This document shows, piece by piece, positions 61,850 through 64,000 of a stretch of DNA of 64,000 nt (position 1 is its first letter; each line of letters begins with the position of its first letter). Source of the stretch: an uncultured Gammaproteobacteria bacterium (GTDB lineage: Bacteria; Pseudomonadota; Gammaproteobacteria; Steroidobacterales; XN24); NCBI GenBank assembly GCA_947259915.1, contig CAMYOC010000050.1:61342-125341 (forward strand), read 5' to 3'. Under the pieces are notes generated by a model, which was not told the DNA's origin, did no database searches, and worked only from the letters and a program-made list of their open reading frames with translations. The position numbers and the translations under genes were made by a program.

Positions 61850-62841
61850 CCCGCGACGTCTTCCAGCGTCTCAGGCTGAACCCTGGACAAAGCCGCCTGG
61901 ATCACCTCCAGGCCTGCACCCGGCCGCGGCGCCTGTTCGCTCAGCACCCGACGCCAGGCACGAGCGCCGGGCTGTCCCGCATACAGACCCAGCGCGTGAC
62001 GAGTCATGGACGACAACTTTTGCCCGGCGTCCAGCTGCGTCTGCACATAGGGCATCCACTCACCCACGACCGACGCGCGGCTCGCCGGTGGCTGACCATC
62101 GAGGATCTCCTGCTCGAACCCGGTGAGGATCCACGGGTTGTGGTAGGCCTCACGGCCGATCATCACGCCGTCCACCACGGCCAATTCCGCGCGGGCGTGG
62201 TCGAGGCTGCGGATACCGCCGTTGAGGATCACGGCCAGCTGCGGGAAGTCCTGCTTGATCCGGTGTACAAACTCATACCGCAGCGGCGGCACCTCGCGGT
62301 TCTGTTTCGGGCTGAGACCGGCAAGCACCGCCTTGCGCGCATGGATGACAAAGACGCGGCATCCGGCCGGCGCCACCGCGGCGACAAAATCACGCAAGAA
62401 ACCATAATCTTCGTGATCGTCGATACCGATACGGGACTTCACCGTGACCGGAATCGTCACCGCCCCGGACATGGCCGCCACGCAGTCCGCCACCAGGCCC
62501 GGCTCGGCCATCAGACAGGCGCCGAAACGCCCCGACTGCACGCGGTCGCTCGGGCAACCCACGTTCATGTTCACTTCGTCATAACCGAGGTCTTCGGCGA
62601 TCCGGGCCGCGGCCGCCATCTCCCGGGGATCGCTGCCACCCAGCTGCAGCGCCAGCGGATGTTCGGCCGGAGCAAAGGCCAGCAGCCGCTCGCGGTCGCC
62701 GTGCAGGATCGCGGCGGCCGTCACCATCTCGGTATACAACAGCACGCGGGGAGAAATGAGACGCAGCAGATAGCGGCAATGCCGATCTGTCCAATCCATC
62801 ATCGGGGCAACCGCCACCCGGCGTTGAGCGTCGCTGATCAC
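61846..62841 (-). CDS. dusA: tRNA-dihydrouridine(20/20a) synthase DusA
   Basis: ..VAVAPMMDWTDRHCRYLLR..YDEVNMNVGCPS..HARKA.. are DusA motifs. GTG start at 62841. Confidence 0.92.
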   Translation of the reverse strand: MISDAQRRVAVAPMMDWTDRHCRYLLRLISPRVLLYTEMVTAAAILHGDRERLLAFAPAEHPLALQLGGSDPREMAAAARIAEDLGYDEVNMNVGCPSDRVQSGRFGACLMAEPGLVADCVAAMSGAVTIPVTVKSRIGIDDHEDYGFLRDFVAAVAPAGCRVFVIHARKAVLAGLSPKQNREVPPLRYEFVHRIKQDFPQLAVILNGGIRSLDHARAELAVVDGVMIGREAYHNPWILTGFEQEILDGQPPASRASVVGEWMPYVQTQLDAGQKLSSMTRHALGLYAGQPGARAWRRVLSEQAPRPGAGLEVIQAALSRVQPETLEDVAG

Positions 62842-62889
62842 CGGCCTAAGGATACGCGAAAGCAGATGAACGGCACCGCGGGCGCGGAC

Positions 62890-64000
62890 CTAGTCGATTC
62901 GGGCGGTCTCGGTGATCAGGAAATCAACCACTGCCTGCAGCGCCTCGTGTTCGCTGGCGCCTTGCTCGAGTGCCTGACGATAGGCCTCGATCTGTTTGTG
63001 CGCGCTGGTGCCGCGCTTGAGCATATCGCGGGCGCGCAACACTTCCTGCAGACAGCCGAGTTCTTCAGCATCCTCGCTGACGATCTCGATCAGCTCTTCG
63101 ATCAGCTGCGGGTAGGGGATGATCTCGCCCTTGGCCAGGTCGACCATGCCTTCATCATAGCTGTAGCGCATGGCGCGCCAGCGGTTCTCCATCAGCAGCA
63201 TGGGTGAATACATGCGCCAGCGGCGGTTGGCGCAGCGCAGTCGATAGAGCATGCGCATCAGGCTGACCGTCAGCGCAGCCAGGGTGACGCCATCCTCCAG
63301 CCGCGTGCAGACATCGGTGACCCGCATCTCCAGAGTCGGATACCGATCGCTCGGCCGCAGGTCCCACCAGATCTTGGTGGCATCCTGGATCAGTCCGGCG
63401 TTGATCATCACGCTGACATGGCGACGGTATTCAGCGTAGCTGACAAAGCGCTCCGGCAGTCCGGTCCGGGGCAGCGCATCGAACACCGTCAGCCGGTAAG
63501 ACTTGAGTCCGGTGTCCTCACCTTCCCAGAACGGTGAGGAGCAGGACAAGGCGAGCAGATGGGGCAGAAAATAGGAGAACTGGTTCATCAGATCGATGCG
63601 CAGTTCATCGTCATCGATGCCGACGTGGACATGCATGCCGCAGATCAACAGCCGCCGGGCCGCGGCCTGCATCTCGCTGGACAAGGAGTCGTAACGTTCC
63701 CGCTCGGTGTGCTTCTGATCCAGCCAACGCGCGTAGGGATGGGTCGACGCCGCCAGCGGCGCCAGACCATGACGATTCGAGACTTCGACCACCGCCGAGC
63801 GCAGCCGGGTCAGATCGGTGCGGACTTCCTGAATATTGCTGCACACCCGGGTGCCGATCTCGATCTGCGCGCGCAGAAACTCGGGACTGACCTGCCCCTG
63901 CAGCAGTTCTTCGCACTCCTTCATCAGCGAAGGGGGCGGATCGGCGCACAGATCGCGGGTCTCGCGATCGACGAGGAGATACTCCTCCTCGACGCCCACG
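62890..64000 (-). CDS. ybdK: carboxylate-amine ligase, YbdK / glutamate-cysteine ligase family 2 (N-terminus outside the window)
   Basis: ..GVEEEYLLVDRETRDL..QIEIGT..LAASTHPY..CGMHVHVGI.. are GCS2 motifs. The frame is open to the window end. Confidence 0.85.
   Translation of the reverse strand, partial: VGVEEEYLLVDRETRDLCADPPPSLMKECEELLQGQVSPEFLRAQIEIGTRVCSNIQEVRTDLTRLRSAVVEVSNRHGLAPLAASTHPYARWLDQKHTERERYDSLSSEMQAAARRLLICGMHVHVGIDDDELRIDLMNQFSYFLPHLLALSCSSPFWEGEDTGLKSYRLTVFDALPRTGLPERFVSYAEYRRHVSVMINAGLIQDATKIWWDLRPSDRYPTLEMRVTDVCTRLEDGVTLAALTVSLMRMLYRLRCANRRWRMYSPMLLMENRWRAMRYSYDEGMVDLAKGEIIPYPQLIEELIEIVSEDAEELGCLQEVLRARDMLKRGTSAHKQIEAYRQALEQGASEHEALQAVVDFLITETARID

Overview
The window is a GC-rich (by eye, mid-60s % G+C), tightly packed core chromosomal segment. 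Its gene order is typical of Gammaproteobacteria. I called about 60 CDS, most on the minus strand, from motifs I could read in the supplied translations plus synteny. No homology search was run.

Gene content, in order:
- recJ (5' fragment), an RpfE-like hypothetical and a DUF498 gene
- surE-pcm-yqaA-nlpD-rpoS
- smr, then truD-ispF(broken)-ispD-ftsB-eno-kdsA-pyrG-tilS-accA-dnaE-rnhB-lpxB-lpxA-fabZ-lpxD-skp-bamA-rseP-dxr-cdsA-uppS-frr-pyrH-tsf-rpsB
- map-glnD-dapC-dapD
- a split Pho regulon block: phoU-pstBACS, then yffB-dapE, then dsbB-phoU2-OprO/P-type porin-phoR-phoB
- tsaB, a DinG-type helicase, an LpoP-like lipoprotein, mrcB and a secreted hypothetical
- a small poorly characterised neighbourhood at 57.2-61.8 kb: phasin-like protein with a Lys/Ala tail, a small basic-tailed protein, an adenylate cyclase-FHA fusion, a SAM methyltransferase and an M28 peptidase
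- dusA and a ybdK-like ligase (truncated at the window end)

I recognised no rRNA, tRNA, CRISPR, transposase, integrase or phage genes. Intergenic space is small; the largest gap is about 250 nt.

I do not see a convincing new multi-gene system. The observations most worth a second look are:
- ispF broken by an apparent 37-nt internal deletion
- ribosomal protein S2 with a roughly 150-aa Ala/Lys/Glu/Pro repeat tail encoded by 30-nt tandem repeats
- the cyclase-FHA / basic-tail gene cluster
- a perfect 14-bp inverted repeat in a divergent promoter region
- an 80-nt AT-rich rare-codon patch inside dnaE

The many long antisense ORFs in the track are explained as GC3 shadow ORFs and were rejected.
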